Shown here piece after piece: positions 1 through 14,902 of a DNA stretch of 64,000 nt. The first letter of the stretch is position 1, and every line of letters begins with the position of its first letter. The notes under the pieces are model-generated. The model saw only the letters and a program-made list of their open reading frames with translations. It ran no database searches and was not told the DNA's origin. Position numbers and translations under genes: made by a program. Source of the stretch: Octopus vulgaris (Eukaryota); assembly GCA_951406725.2 (NCBI GenBank), contig OX597830.1, positions 78,244,001-78,308,000 of the forward strand. The letters run 5' to 3'.

Positions 1-74
1 AGAGTAGAAAGATTTTAAGCGATCGCCGTTTATTGACTAAAGAGAATAGTCTAATAACAAATCAGTTATCACAC

Positions 75-115
<41 letters not shown>

Positions 116-694
116 CGCAAGTAAAAGTATATTACTTAATACACCACGGACATAGATTCAACAGTTAATTTATGCTGGCCGTGATTATTTACTGATCGAT
201 AGACAAATGCCGTTTGATCGATCGATTATTTCAAAGTCATATATGTGTGTACGTGTGTGTACGTGTGTGTGCGCGGGGAGTGTATATTTGTCGGAAACCA
301 GTAACATGCCATATTTTCCTCTGTATTTTCCTAATGTCATTTTGTTCACCTTTTCGGTGGGGCCTCTACCTGTAAAGAACTTTGATATCAAGATCATGGT
401 TTGGAACACGGACCTGAGTTCCTATCTAGAGGTACTTCACTGACATATAATGAACCCCCCCTGATCTGCTAGTTTCCTCTAATCTTGATAGATTCATTTT
501 TAGTATTTCTTCTCCTATGGTTAACTAAGCTTCGTCTCATTTATTTTCTTTATGCATTCACCATCCGACACTAATTTTATTTATTGCTCTTTCGTCATTG
601 TCCAAATTATTATTATGTAATTATTTCTTTTCAACTGTTGTTTTTATTTCTGTTGTGTTTAATGCAATCAACAAATGTGAGCACAGTTCATTGC

Positions 695-773
<79 letters not shown>

Positions 774-1111
774 ACACGAAACATGCAGAATATAGCGATA
801 CTAATAAGCAGTTACTGAAAGTAAATGAACATATGCTTTGGAGCAAACTTTAGGTCAACACAAGACGTAATATTAGTTAATGAATAGCAAGAAAACAGAA
901 ACGCTGGAACCACCTGCATTAGCTTACATCTGTTTCTGCTATAAAAACGTGCACTCTAAGTTGAATGCTTGTGCAACATCTTATAGAGTCCTCAGAGCCC
1001 GATACATATATTTATACATATATATATACATACATCTTTTCGTATGTATGAAAGTCTATATACACACTCATATATGTGCGTATGTATATTAAATATATAT
1101 GTGTGTGTTTA

Positions 1112-1330
1112 GGCGGCGAGCTGGCAGAAACGTTAGCGCTCCGGGCGAAATGCGTAGCTGTATTTCGTCTGCCATTACGCTCTGGGTTCAAATTCCGCCG
1201 AGGTCTACTTTGCCTTTCATCCTTTCGGGGTCGATAAATTAAGTACCAGTTACACACTGGGGTCGATGTAATCGGCTCAACCCGTTTGTCTGTACTCTCT
1301 GTGTTTAGCCCCTTGTGGGTAGTAAAGAAA
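1112..1330 (+). mobile_element. SINE family A (tRNA-like head; central domain resembles the MetaSINE domain)
   Basis: Same sequence recurs in dozens of copies across the window on both strands. Confidence 0.8.
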
Positions 1331-1667
1331 TATATATATGTGTGTTTTGCGTATTATCGTCTATTATCTTACCTGAGAAAATTAAAATTCCTCACTATTT
1401 ACAAAATATGAAACTATATATATTAAGAAAACATAAACAGTTTTACTATATGCATTATCTGCTTTCTCTCCACCTAAATACAATATTTGAGAAGTTTTAG
1501 TTAACGAAGAACTCAACAGAAAAAAAAAAATTTATAAAACGAATATTTAGATATGTTCCGTTATAGTTTCAAACTACCAAAATAATATAACTCTCACATA
1601 ACATTTTTGAACGCTTCTATTATGTCTTTTCATTTAGTGTGCGTCATTCTTTTCTACTTCAAACTAG

Positions 1668-1734
<67 letters not shown>

Positions 1735-1756
1735 GTAGTAGTAGTAGTAGTAGTAG

Positions 1757-2159
1757 ATTTAGTGCGACATGAGATAGAGAATAGGAATCAGTGTTAATTG
1801 AGAAAGAAAGCAAACGCTGCTGGATCATAGATATAGCATGCCCGACTGACAGCAAGATATGCGGTAAGGAAGAAAGAATAGTCGATAGATATGACAGGTT
1901 AGCTTGGGAGGTTAAGCAGTTGTGGTCGATGAAAAAGGTGGTAGCAGTACCAATAATTGTCGGAGCCCTAGGGAACGGTGAGTAAAGATCTTGAGAAGTA
2001 CATGGAACAAATAGGGGCTGCAATATGGGTGGAGTACAGCACTGCTTGGAACCAAATACTCCGGATGGTGCTCGAAAAATAAGGAGTGTTGCCTTAGTTC
2101 ACTGGTAGTGAACAGCTGGCACCGTAGTACATCTCCAGCGATAGAAGCTGTGCAAAGGC

Positions 2160-2160
<1 letters not shown>
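1757..2160 (+). mobile_element. R4/Dong-like LINE 3' fragment (RLE endonuclease domain)
   Basis: CWIIDIACPTD...KEERIVDRYDRLAWEVKQLW...VPIIVGALG; (AAT)n on both sides. Confidence 0.8.
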
Positions 2161-2221
<61 letters not shown>

Positions 2222-2222
<1 letters not shown>

Positions 2223-3093
2223 CCCTTAGTGGCTGACGATATGTGCATCTCTGATCACGAGCAGAAGTAGTGGGGGGGGGGCATCATAGCCATGTGTTGA
2301 GAGGGATTCTTTGGGGTTTGAATAATTCACCTCTGGAAACATGGGTGGTTCTTTCAACATCCTTAAACAACCCTTATTCAGGGACCTTTTGAGCGGGATG
2401 GGCTACTCAACCCGAAGAAAATTCTAACTGGGCCCCACCTGCAAGGTCATGTGCTGTTTATCTTGATATGAGATCACCATGTCGCGCACATATGGTTGTG
2501 ATGCATGTGCCTGGTGTACCTTTATCAGACGGGTAGTCATGATGGGTATATTGGGCTTCGTATATTTTACCCCAGTGTCACTTTGATGGCATGCACTGCT
2601 CTCTCACTCAATAATAATAATAATATTAATAGTGTCTTGGTATAAAAGATGGGCTACAGCAATTATCCTGCTGAATACCACAGATTTCCTTGTCAGTTGT
2701 TTGACCGTAACCAGTTAAACATATCCTTTAGTGGCTGACGATATGTGCATCTCTAATCACCAGTAGAAATAGTGGGGGAGCCTCACAGCTATGTGCTGAG
2801 AGGAATTCTTTGGAGTTCGGATAATTCACTTCTGGAAACATGGGTGTTTCGTTCAACATCCTAAAACAAACCTTATTCAAGAACCTATTAAGCGGAATGG
2901 GCTTCTCGACCCGAAGAAAATTCTAACTGGGCCCCACCTGCAAGGTCATGCCCTGTTTACCTTGATATGAGATCACCATATCGCGTACATATGGTTGTGA
3001 TGCATGTGACGGGTAGTCATGGTAGGTATACTGGGCCTCGTATATTTTACCCCAGTGTCACTTTGATGGCATGCACTGCTCTCTCACCCACTC
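2222..3093 (+). mobile_element. Two tandem copies of a non-coding (AAT)n-tailed element, probably the 3' region of a Dong-like LINE
   Basis: Copies 2222-2610 and 2635-3093 share sequence and end CTGCTCTCTCA(CCCA)CTC(AAT)n; 5' ends differ. Confidence 0.7.
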
Positions 3094-3121
3094 AATAATA
3101 ATAATAATAATAATAATAATG

Positions 3122-3236
<115 letters not shown>

Positions 3237-3494
3237 TGATAAAATAGTATGTCCTTGTTTTGACACAATATCTTCAATCCCGGTAGACACAATATCTTCA
3301 ATCAACATCACGATATTGGATACTGTGTGACATCTTAAATAATTAGAATAATAAGCAATGGTTTCAAAGTTTGGCACAAGACCAGCAGTTTCAGGGGAGA
3401 GGCTAAGTCGATTACATCGACCCATAGTATCCAAATGGTTCTTATTTTATCGATCATAAAAGGATGAAAGGCAAAGTCGGCCCGCACATAAATA

Positions 3495-3830
3495 ATTGGC
3501 TGATGGCTGGGAGCAGAAACATCTACATGGCAAATATGTAGCCCGCAGCAAACAAGCAGACACATACAAGTGGCTACAGAGCTCAGAGCTGAAGGCAGAG
3601 GGTGAAAGCTTCATCTTAGTTGCTCAAGATCCAAGATTATTAACCTGGAACAATCAGTTCAATCTTATAAAAAATGTAGTAGATCCAAAGTGCCGATTCT
3701 GCAATGATGAGATTGAAACTGGAGAACCTAATTTCTGGATGCTAAATTTTAGCACTGGTGGAGTATCAGTCAGGTTATGAAAGAGTTTGTCCAATATCTA
3801 CACTGGTTAATATGTCTATATTGTAAATCA
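3495..3830 (+). mobile_element. R4/Dong-like LINE internal fragment
   Basis: WEQKHLHGKY...WLQSSELKAEGESFILVAQD...CRFCNDEIET matches the region translated at ~63670-63900. Confidence 0.75.
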
Positions 3831-4289
3831 AAACATATGTATGTGTGATAACTGATATGATATTAGACTATTCTCTTTACCCAATAAACGGCGATCGCAT
3901 AGGAAAAAAAACACTGGTTTAACTAGTGATTTAATTTCACTGATCCTATATTACCTGGGTTGGGTCGCAAAATGAGGACTATTTTGTTTAATCCTGTCGT
4001 CGCATTAAATGAGGCAGGATTTGTATTTTCGTTTATACATTTTTATTTTGTGTAAACTTAAGATTGAAATTTGAAGAATGTCTTTCGCGTCATAATCTAT
4101 TTCTTTATATTGCATTTCCTTTCTATGGCTTTGTACTTCTTAATTACTGCGTTGTTAATGAAGTAGTTCTATTTCAAACAAATTGTGATTGGTTCTGCTA
4201 TCTGTTTTTCATTAATTCATAACTAAGTGAAACAACATTGTTATGCTGTAATTGTTTTTCTTTTTATTATCATTGGTCGTCAGAATAAG

Positions 4290-5920
4290 GCGGCGAGCTG
4301 GCAGAAACGTTAGCACGCCGGATGAAATACGTAGCCGTTACGTTCTGAGTTCAAATTCCGCGGAGGTCGACTTTGCCATTCATCCTTTCGGAGTCGATAA
4401 ATTAAGTACCAGTTACGCACTGGGTTCGATATAAGCGACTTAATCCGTTTGTATGTCCTTGTTTGTCCCCCTCTGGGTATAGCCCCTTGTTGGTAGTAAA
4501 GAAATAGGTATTTCGTCTGCCGTTACGTTCTGAGTTCAAATTCCGCCGAGGTCGACTTTGCCTTTCATCCTTTCGGGGTCGATAAATTAAGTACCAGTTG
4601 CGTACTGGAGTCGATCTAATCCCTTTGTCTGTCCTTGTTTGTCCCCTCTATGTTTAGCCCCTTGTGGGCAATAAAGAAATAAGAATCGTTACCGCACCGA
4701 GTGAAATACTCAACGACATTTCGTCCGTCTTTACCTTCTGAGTTCAAATTCAACCGAGGTCAACTTTACTTTTCATAATTTCGGGGTCGACAAAATAAAT
4801 ACCAGTTGAGTTCTGTAATTGACTATCCCCTTCCCCCAAAATTACAGGCTTTGTGCTTACAGCAGAAGGGAGTATTTATCCTGAAAATATGTTCCGTTTC
4901 AAAACTTTAACATGAGACCAAGAATTTCAGAAAGCGTGGGTTAACCGAATGCATCGAACCGAGTACATGGTTGGTGGACGGGAGAAAGGCAAAGATGATT
5001 TTCGATGGATTTGAACTCAGAACTTAAAAATTCAGAAGAAAGCCGTCAATAAATTTTGTCTGACTCGCTAACAATTCTGCCAGCTAACCGCCTTATTTGA
5101 ACTTAAAATTATTCTCTCTAATTTTGGTACAGTGCCGTTCATTTTTATAGAAGGGAGCAAGCTGATAACATTGACCTCCAGTACTTGTCTGGTACTTTAT
5201 TTTATCGACCCCTGCAGGATGAAAAGCAAAGTTGACCTCGGCGGAGATGGAACTCAGAACGTTAAGTGTCATAATAAAAATTTTAAAAAAACGCTGCTAA
5301 ACGTAATTCAGTTTGACGGGTTAGCGGTTCCACCAGCTCAGAGTCTTAGGAGAATATAATATAATGGTTTCAAATTTTATCACAAGGGCAGCGATTTTAG
5401 CGTAGGGGATGCGTCGATTACATCGAACCCTGTGTATCACTGTCACATATTTGATCGACTTCGAAAGGATGGAAGGCAAAGTCGACCTCGGCGGAATTTG
5501 AACACAGAACGTAAAGACAGACGAAATACCTCTATGCATTTCGCCCGGCATGCCAACGCTTCTGCCAGCCTTAAGAGAATGTAATATAATGTTTTCTATT
5601 ATAGGCGCAAGGTCTGAAATTTGGTAGGGGATGGGGACACTCGATTACATCGACCGCAGTGCGTAACTGGTACCTATTTAATCGACCCCGAAAAATGAAG
5701 GTCAAAGTTGACCTCGGCGGAATTTGAACTCAGAACGTAACGGCAGACGAAATACGGCTAATCGACCCCAGTGCGTAACTGGTACGTATTTAATCGACCC
5801 CGAAAGGATGAAAGGCATAGTCGACCTCGGTGGAATTTGAACTCAGAACGTAACGGCAGACAAAATACGGCTACGCATTTCGCCCGGCGTGCTAACGTTT
5901 CTGCCAACTCGCCGCCTTAG
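4290..5920. mobile_element. Cluster of SINE family A copies (+ at 4290-4870, - at 4910-5920)
   Basis: Repeated GTTCTGAGTTCAAATTCCGCCGAGGTCGACTTTGCCTTTCATCC and its reverse complement. Confidence 0.8.
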
Positions 5921-6635
5921 AAGAATATAATATAAAAATACTTTTAAAAAAAGTAATATCAAAATTATTTGCTTTATTAAGGAAGATGTGTATACTCAAA
6001 TTTCAGAACAAAGCAAAGCAGGAGCAAAAGGTGGTAACTGTTCATATCACATAATGTGGTAGCCATTTATATAATCCTAAATATTATTTCATAAATAGAT
6101 TAGGTTCTTATTCGTCTAAGTGCCAATTTTTTTTAAACTCCTTACCTAACATTTTATATTTTACGCTTTCAATGAACAAAAATAATAATAAACAGTCTCT
6201 GGATTTTAATGCTTTGAACAGCAGACATTCAAAATCTGCAAGAATTTTTTTTTCTTTTAATTATTAATGTGTGCGTGTGCGAGTGTGTGTATGTGCGTGA
6301 TATATGTGTGTGTATGTGTGTGTGTGTGTGTGTGTGTATGTGTGTGTGTGTTTCTTTAATTAGAAACCCCATCAGTATATATTTCTTTACTACCCTCAAG
6401 GGGCTAAACACAGAAGGAACAAACAAGGACAGGCAAACGGATTATATCGATTACATCGACCCCAGTGCGTAACTGGTACTTAATTTATCGACCCCGAAAG
6501 GATGAAAGACAAAGTCGACCTCGGTGGAATTTAAAACTCCATAAGTATAGATGACATCTTTTTCTTTATTTTCGAATGTGCGTGAACATTTAAATATGTA
6601 ACAAGGAACTTTCATGCATACAATCACACATATAT

Positions 6636-6727
<92 letters not shown>

Positions 6728-6927
6728 TTGAGTAGTTGAATGAATTATCTTATTATGGATAATTCGGTTAACCGATACCTGGGTAGCAAATTCACATCAG
6801 AAAAACACGGTTGAAGCTACATGCCTAGGGAAGAGATCACGTGCTTTCGTGTGGAAATTTGTGTGTTTTTTTAAATACAAATAAATGAAAGAATGGAGTT
6901 GAACGACGAATTAACAAAATTCCTTTA

Positions 6928-7010
6928 TTTTCGACATATGTTTCGAAGGCTGCATATTCCTATTTTCGAAGGAATAAGGGGTGCATTATGCCGCCTTCTC
7001 ATCAGGAAAA
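6928..7010 (-). ncRNA. Type I hammerhead ribozyme, inverted copy of 7088-7170
   Basis: Reverse complement of the + strand motif in the left arm of the 6881-7217 inverted repeat; core intact. Confidence 0.8.
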
Positions 7011-7087
7011 ACATTATCGCTATAGGCTCCGTGTGGGCAGTCATCTAAAAGTTTTTGTGCATCTTGATGCTGACATAAGTTCCTTGT

Positions 7088-7170
7088 TTTTCCTGATGAG
7101 AAGGCGGCATAATGCACTCCTTATTCCTTCGAAATTAGGAATATGCAGCCTTCGAAACATATGTCGAAGA
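7088..7170 (+). ncRNA. Type I hammerhead ribozyme with long helix II
   Basis: TTTTC-CTGATGA-GAAGGC...GCCTTC-GAAA-CATATG-TC-GAAGA; palindromic helix III; GUC cleavage triplet. Confidence 0.8.
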
Positions 7171-7211
7171 TAAAGGAATTTTGTTAATTCGTCGTTCAAC
7201 TCCATTCTTTC

Positions 7212-7262
<51 letters not shown>

Positions 7263-7346
7263 TATACATACATATATATATACACACATACATGTATATT
7301 TATGTATACTTGTATGTATAAATATATATATATGAATGTATTCATG

Positions 7347-7395
<49 letters not shown>

Positions 7396-7626
7396 TGGTA
7401 TTTGAGATCAATAAATGTATTTTGTTTGCGTTTGTTATAATATTTACGTTTTTAATAATAGGGAAAAAAGCATTTCCTGGGTGGAAGGGGTTTTTCTGAA
7501 ATTGAAAACAGTTCAACGCCTTCATTCTTGAAAACTTAAAAGTTTTATTATTTTAAAAGCTAATTGAGCTATTAAAAAGTTATTCATATTTACACACGCA
7601 CGCACACGCACGCACACGCGCGCACA

Positions 7627-7681
<55 letters not shown>

Positions 7682-8074
7682 CAAAGGATTAGAATATACA
7701 AATAAATCCATGGGATAAAAAGAAACGTATTCATCTGACAATTCAATTAGAGCTTTTATATATAAAGGAGATATATGTAAGATATATATAAACCCTTTTA
7801 GAAATATCCATTTTAATATTATTTTTATTCTTTTACCTGTTTCAGCTATTGGAATGCAGCCATTCTGGAGCACCACATTGAAGGGTCTTATTGGAACAAA
7901 TAGACTCCTGGTTTTTTTTAAAGTCTTGTATTTATTCTATCGGTCTCGTTTGCCGAACCGCTAAGTTACAGGGACGTAAGCACTCCAGCATTGGGTATCA
8001 AGCTGTGGTGGCAGACAAACACGGACACAAAGACACTCAACACACAAATACACAGACGCGCGCGCGCGCACATG

Positions 8075-8127
<53 letters not shown>

Positions 8128-8419
8128 TACGATGGGCTTTGGTCGGCCCCCCCAAGATGCATTGCAGTGGGGCTGAACCCGGAATTATTACTGTTTTCTA
8201 AGCTCTGAAAAAGAACTCAGAAGATTGGCGCTCCAACCAAGCCTTTCGCGATACCCTTAAAATCAGGAATTTTTCAGCACCAATACGTGTGTGCATGTGT
8301 GCATGTATATATATATATACATATATATATATATAAAACTTACTTAGAAATGGATGCGTGGCGTTCCATCATATAATAACAAAATAATAAATAAAATATA
8401 TGCATATATACATATACAT

Positions 8420-8640
8420 ACGGGCCCGGTTTCCCGGTTTCAATGGCGCATGTGTTTCCCAGCTGGACGGGACGCCAGTCCATCGCAGCCTTACTCATTT
8501 TTGCCAGCTGTGTGGACTGGAGCAACGTGAAATGAAGTGTTTTGCCCAAGAACACAACGCATCGCCCAGTACAGGAATCGAAACCACAATCTTACGATCA
8601 TGGTGCTGACACCCTAACCACTAAGCCACGCGACTTCACT
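8420..8640 (-). mobile_element. tRNA-derived SINE family D
   Basis: On - strand: TGGCTTAGTGG A-box, GGTTTCGATTCC B-box, TCTTGGGCAAAACACTTCATTTCACGTTGCTCCAG. Confidence 0.7.
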
Positions 8641-10029
8641 TATAAACCAGATAGTGTATTTTAAACGAAATTTAAATTATAATGAAAGAAAATTACTTCC
8701 TTTAGATATTGATTTAAAGAATTATATGGAAACATCTAAGCATCATCTAGTATTTAAATTATTCATTATAAACGGTTATAAATTATTCTAACGTTCTACA
8801 AAATAAAAAAAAAATATTTACTCTAAATTTTTACTACCTTCAACACTTCATCTTTATGAAATTAAATCTCATTCTTGTATTCCTCATACTCTAAATATAT
8901 TTTGATTCTTATCGATTATTCTATTGTTCTTTTGTTTATTTTCTGTTTCTGCCTTCTTTTCAATTATATTGCACAGACATGTACGTATGTCCGGAAATGT
9001 CCATCATAAATCTTTATACAATTTGAAAAAGAAATACATGAACCTAAATGGCGAAACTGTTATCTTTTTTCCGCTAAAATAATTAATATTCTCTACAAAT
9101 AGTTATATTTTCTCTCTTTAGCTATTTTATTGCTATTTTTTATACAAAACAAAAGCAATAGGCTCAATAAATATTAACCTATATGTAAGAAACTTCCCTC
9201 TCTTCCCTCTCTCTTCCCTCTCTCTTCCCCCCTCTCTCTCTCTCTCCCTCTCATTCCTCACTCCCACTCCCTATCTCTCTCCCTCTTTTTCTCTTAAAAT
9301 TATTTTCTCAAATAATGATACAAATGAAGAAATAGAAAAAACTTTGAATTTATCTTTATTTGTTGCAAGCTATATCGTGATGACGATTCCAAAAGAGGAT
9401 GAAACAGTGCTTATACTTCACAACCAGCGACTAAATACTTTAAAAACATTATAATATGCAGAAAAAATATAAGTTCAATGACTATGATCTGTACACCTTC
9501 GTTTCTCTTTGATGTAAACTCCAAGCATTCAAGCTTGATTCAAATTTATTTCATCTAGAAAAGATTGCTCCCCTAGCAGTGATTGACTACTAGGAGACCA
9601 CCATGTGCATACATGTTAACACAAACGCACACAGTCGTCTATCTACCTACCTACCTACTATCTACCTACCTACGTACCTACCTACAGACATATATAATGT
9701 TTGTGTGTCTGTGTTTGCATTACCGCTTGATAATCGATGCTGGTGTGTTTGCGTCTCTGTTTTTAAATCAGCACTTCTTCTATCGCAAACTTTTTGCTGA
9801 ACCGCTACGTCACGGTGACCCATACAAATATATATACGTATATCGTTTATATGTTTTTTTATCTGTTAACTTTTACTTGTTTCAGTCATTAGGCTTCGGT
9901 CATGCTGGGGCATCATCTTGAACAATTTCAGTCGAACGAATTGTCCCCAGTTCTTATATATATATATTGATTGATTGATTGATTCTAGTTTCAGCTCATG
10001 AGTTGTGGCCATGCTGGGGCACCGCCATT

Positions 10030-10066
<37 letters not shown>

Positions 10067-10517
10067 TTTTATTCTTTTAATTGTTTCAGTCATTTGCCTA
10101 CGGCCAGGCTGGAGCACAGCCTTTAATCGAGCAAATCGATCCCAGGGTTGAGTCTTCGTAAGCCTCGTACTTATTCTATCGGTCTCTTATTAAACCGCTA
10201 AGTTACAGAGAGTAAACACAACAATATTGCTTGTCAAGCGACGTTGTGGGGACAAAAACAGACGTATAAACATACACACACACCCAAATATATATATACT
10301 AATACATCTGCTTCTTTTGTACACCACCTGTCTTCATCTTTTGTTTTTTTCATAAACAGTCCCTATATATATATATATATATACGACGGGCTTCTTTTAG
10401 CTTCCGTCTACCAAATCCATTCACAAGGCTTTAGTCAGCCCGAGGATAGGAGCCGTGTGGTTTGTAAGCAAGCTACCTACCACACAGCCACTCTTGCGCC
10501 TATATATATATATATAT

Positions 10518-10561
<44 letters not shown>

Positions 10562-10571
10562 CCTTCGGATC

Positions 10572-10635
10572 TAGAGTCTGAAAAGTTGTCCAAGGGGCAA
10601 AGCCCTTTATGAATGCGAAACCATTGGTCACTCTA
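10572..10635 (+). ncRNA. Degenerate type I hammerhead ribozyme (G8A core change)
   Basis: TAGAGT-CTGAAAA-[GGGC-AAA-GCCC hairpin]-GAAA-CCATTGG-TC-ACTCTA; 6-bp helix I and palindromic helix III intact. Confidence 0.6.
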
Positions 10636-10818
10636 TGACCGGACATATACTTAACTGCATATAAATACATTATGTTCTATCCTTTAGAGTGTGCTTTTTT
10701 TCGGATATAGGATCCACTGAAAATCGTCTTTTGTTTTTTCCGTGAACTCTCCCCATATGTATATATATATATATATTGCTGCTGTTACTGTTGCTGCTAC
10801 TACAAATACCCCCCCCCC

Positions 10819-10880
<62 letters not shown>

Positions 10881-11619
10881 TGCTTGTGTAATTATATATC
10901 TTAGCAGTACGTGTGGTGGAATAACAGAGCTGCATGCTTTTTGTTACATATTCATCCTTGTAGCTAAAAGTGTAGACACGGTGGATATACCAAAAATGTT
11001 TGTCTATGAATGTTTGCACACGCACATACACACACTCGCGCGCACGTACGCATTTGTGTAAGTGTGTGTATATGCATATTAATTTAAAGCTGCTATAGCA
11101 ATCTGGTGTACATTTATTCTATACATCTAATTAAAACACTTTCTTATTATTAATCTCTCTTACCCCCTTTTCACTGTACTACAGCTATCAGTAAAAGTAC
11201 TACAACTAAAACAACAACAACTACTACTACTACAACTACTATTGCTGCTGTTACTGTTGCTGCTACTACAAATACTGTCTCGAAGGCTGGGAAGCTGGCT
11301 AAATCGTTTGAACGTCGGACAAAGTTCTTTGTGTTATTTCTTCCGGCTTTTGATGTTCTGAGTTCAAATTCCACTGAGATTGACGTTGCCTTTCATCTTT
11401 CGGGATCGATGAAATAAGCACCAGACAAGTACTGCGGTCGATGTAATCGACTAGCCACCCCACTCCCCGCAACCAAATTTCAGGCCTCGTACCTATAGTA
11501 GAAAAGGGTTATTACAATTAGTATTATAATTATTGCTGTAGTTGTTGTCTTTTTATTCTTCTTCCAATCAGGACTCATGCCATTAGCCACAAAGAATAAT
11601 CTCAAATTCGAGCCTACCC

Positions 11620-12036
11620 TAAGCTGCTAAGAATGCGTGTGGCAACATGAAGATCCACCCACCACACGCGATAGACTGGCGGTTGCACGAGCGCGAAAGC
11701 TACGTTGTTATCCTCATTCCATAAACGGTGGTTTTTAACGGGTGGAGCTGAATCCTCCTGGGGTACAGAGGATTCGCAATCTAGACTAGGGTCTGAAAGT
11801 TTACCACACCATAGTGGGTTACACCATGGTTCTTCTGCTTTGTGGCAGAAGTAGGAAGAAAGAGTGAGAGAAAGTTGTGTTGAAAGAGGACAGCGGGGTT
11901 CACCCCACGCCCGCCGGAGCCTCGTGGAGCTGAGGTGTTTTTGCTCAATAAACACTCACAATGCCCGGTCTGGGAATCGAAACCGCGTTCTTACGACCGC
12001 GAGTCCGTTGCCCTAACCACTGGGCCATTGCGCCTC
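11620..12036 (-). mobile_element. SINE family C head with a different 3' body
   Basis: 11850-12036 is the reverse complement of the 29909 head; the 3' part diverges. Confidence 0.7.
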
Positions 12037-12129
12037 GGCTGTAGTTGTTGTCGTTGTTGTTGTTGGTGGTTTAACTCAGGTTCGTTCTTAGTACTGGTAC
12101 AATTTACGCGAATAGCGGTCTACTACATG

Positions 12130-12310
12130 TAAACTAGGGTATCCACAAGCTTTCAGTTGTCTTTCGAATGCTTAAAATCCTCCTTTTTTATCGAAGCTCC
12201 ACAGGACTGTATATTCCAATCTCTCTCAACCACTTTTTTACATCTTTACTTACAGTTCCCAATGTACCAATTATTACAGGGATTACAGTTTTCATACTCC
12301 TACAGGTTTC
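12130..12310 (-). mobile_element. R4/Dong-like LINE 3' fragment
   Basis: MKTVIPVIIGTLGTVSKDVKKWLREIG, an RLE C-terminal motif. Confidence 0.65.
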
Positions 12311-12327
12311 CTCCTCCTCCTCCTCAT

Positions 12328-12390
<63 letters not shown>

Positions 12391-12391
<1 letters not shown>

Positions 12392-12637
12392 GAGTGAGAG
12401 AGCAGTGCATGCCATTAAAGCGACACTGGGGTAAAATATACGAAGCCCAGCATACCCATCATGACTACCCGTTTGATAAGGATACACCAGGCACATGCAT
12501 CACAACCATATGTGTGCGACATGGTGATCTCATATCATGATAAACAGTGCATGACCTTGCAGGTGGGACCCAGTTAGAATTTTCTTCTTGTCGAGTAGCC
12601 CATCTCTCTCAAAAGGTCCCTGAATAAGGATTGTCTT
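12391..12637 (-). mobile_element. Shorter copy of the same (AAT)n-tailed element
   Basis: Reverse complement of ~2370-2610, within (ATT)n. Confidence 0.7.
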
Positions 12638-12659
12638 ATTATTATTGTTGTTGTTGTTG

Positions 12660-12699
<40 letters not shown>

Positions 12700-12703
<4 letters not shown>

Positions 12704-12975
12704 GCCTTTGCACAGCTTCTAATGCAGATGTACTACGGTATTAGTTGTTCACTACCAGTGAACTAAGGTAACACCTCTTATTTTTCGAGCACGTTCCGGA
12801 GTATTCGGGCGGTTCCAAGCAGTGCTGTTTTCTGTAAGTGCTCCACCCTTATTGCAGCCCCTATTTGTTCCACGTACATTTCGAGATTTTTGCTCACTGT
12901 TCCCAGGGCTCCGGAAATTATTGGTGCTACTGCTACCTTCCTCATCGACCACAACTGCTTAACTTCCCAAACAAA
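12700..12975 (-). mobile_element. R4/Dong-like LINE 3' fragment, same family as 1757-2160
   Basis: Reverse complement of ~1900-2160 ending AGAAGCTGTGCAAAGGC(AAT)n. Confidence 0.75.
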
Positions 12976-13231
12976 ATGTCATTATTATTATTATTATTAC
13001 TATTATTATGATAGTTGTTGTTGTTGTTGTTTTACCTTCTTTCTTCAAATTTTCTTCCATTTCTCACCGAGTGTTTTCCGTAAACTTAGGGCAGAGAAGC
13101 TCATTGTATGCATTTCCAGATTACACACGCAAATTCACAGGTAAAATATGTATTTAAGAAAAAATTAATAAATAAATAAATTCATGAATGGTTGATGTTT
13201 TAACAGCGATAATGCTCTTCTCAATACATTA

Positions 13232-13494
<263 letters not shown>

Positions 13495-14097
13495 AGTGGG
13501 GAGCTGGGAGAATGCGAGGCAGCATTTCTGCCTACTTCTTATGCTCAGTGTTCAAATTCTTGCTAAGATTGTTCCCTTCATTATATCAACACAAACAAAA
13601 TTCCAACGTAATAAAACACACTGTAAGACAAGCTTACGACACATAATTTTCACTTCATGAAATGCACATGCAACCCAACGGTTCACATCAATCCTAATGT
13701 TGAAATAATTAGTAATTAATAATAATTAAGAGACGGAGTGGTAAAAAAAATGAGTAAAGAATGGTAATTAAAGTAATAAATTAATTGATACAATTAAATA
13801 TATTCCGTCACTTCATGAACAAGTGGAATACATACATATATATATAAATACATAAATGGAAGCAAGTGTGCGATTGTTTACATACAAAAGTATGTGTGTG
13901 TATATATATATATATATGTGTGTGTGTGTGCAAACGTGCGTATGTGTGAGCACGCGCGTGTATGTGTGTGTATGTATGCACACATGTATATACATACATG
14001 TATATATATATACACATATACATGCATATATATATACACATATACATGCATATATGTATACATATATATGTATGTAAAATAGATATGTGTGCGTGTA

Positions 14098-14141
<44 letters not shown>

Positions 14142-14401
14142 TATATACAGACACACATGCGCGTGCACACACACACACACTAACACAAACACACATATAT
14201 ATATATATATGTATTGAATATATACATACATGCATAAATGTATCTATTGGGCAGAGCTTCACTCGTTAACGGCAAATCCAATAAATGACCTGTTGAATAC
14301 CGGTTCAAGTCCCTCTACAGGCGTACCCACTATTTTCAACGCCGTGCCTCAGCATCACCCTAATCAAATGAAAGATACCTACATCTACATATACACACAC
14401 A

Positions 14402-14465
<64 letters not shown>

Positions 14466-14611
14466 ATATATATATATATATATATATATAGATAGATAGA
14501 TATATTCACGACGGGTTTCTTTCCGTTTCCGTCTACCAAATCCACTCACAACGCTTTATACATATATTTGTATATAGGTATATATATATATATACATATA
14601 TACATATATGC

Positions 14612-14660
<49 letters not shown>

Positions 14661-14680
14661 TATACATATATATACATATA

Positions 14681-14734
<54 letters not shown>

Positions 14735-14743
14735 CATATATAC

Positions 14744-14774
<31 letters not shown>

Positions 14775-14856
14775 TATGTAATATTACATTATATTATATT
14801 ATAGTAGATCCACACACACATACATATATGCATATATCTATATGTACATATGTGTG

Positions 14857-14902
<46 letters not shown>

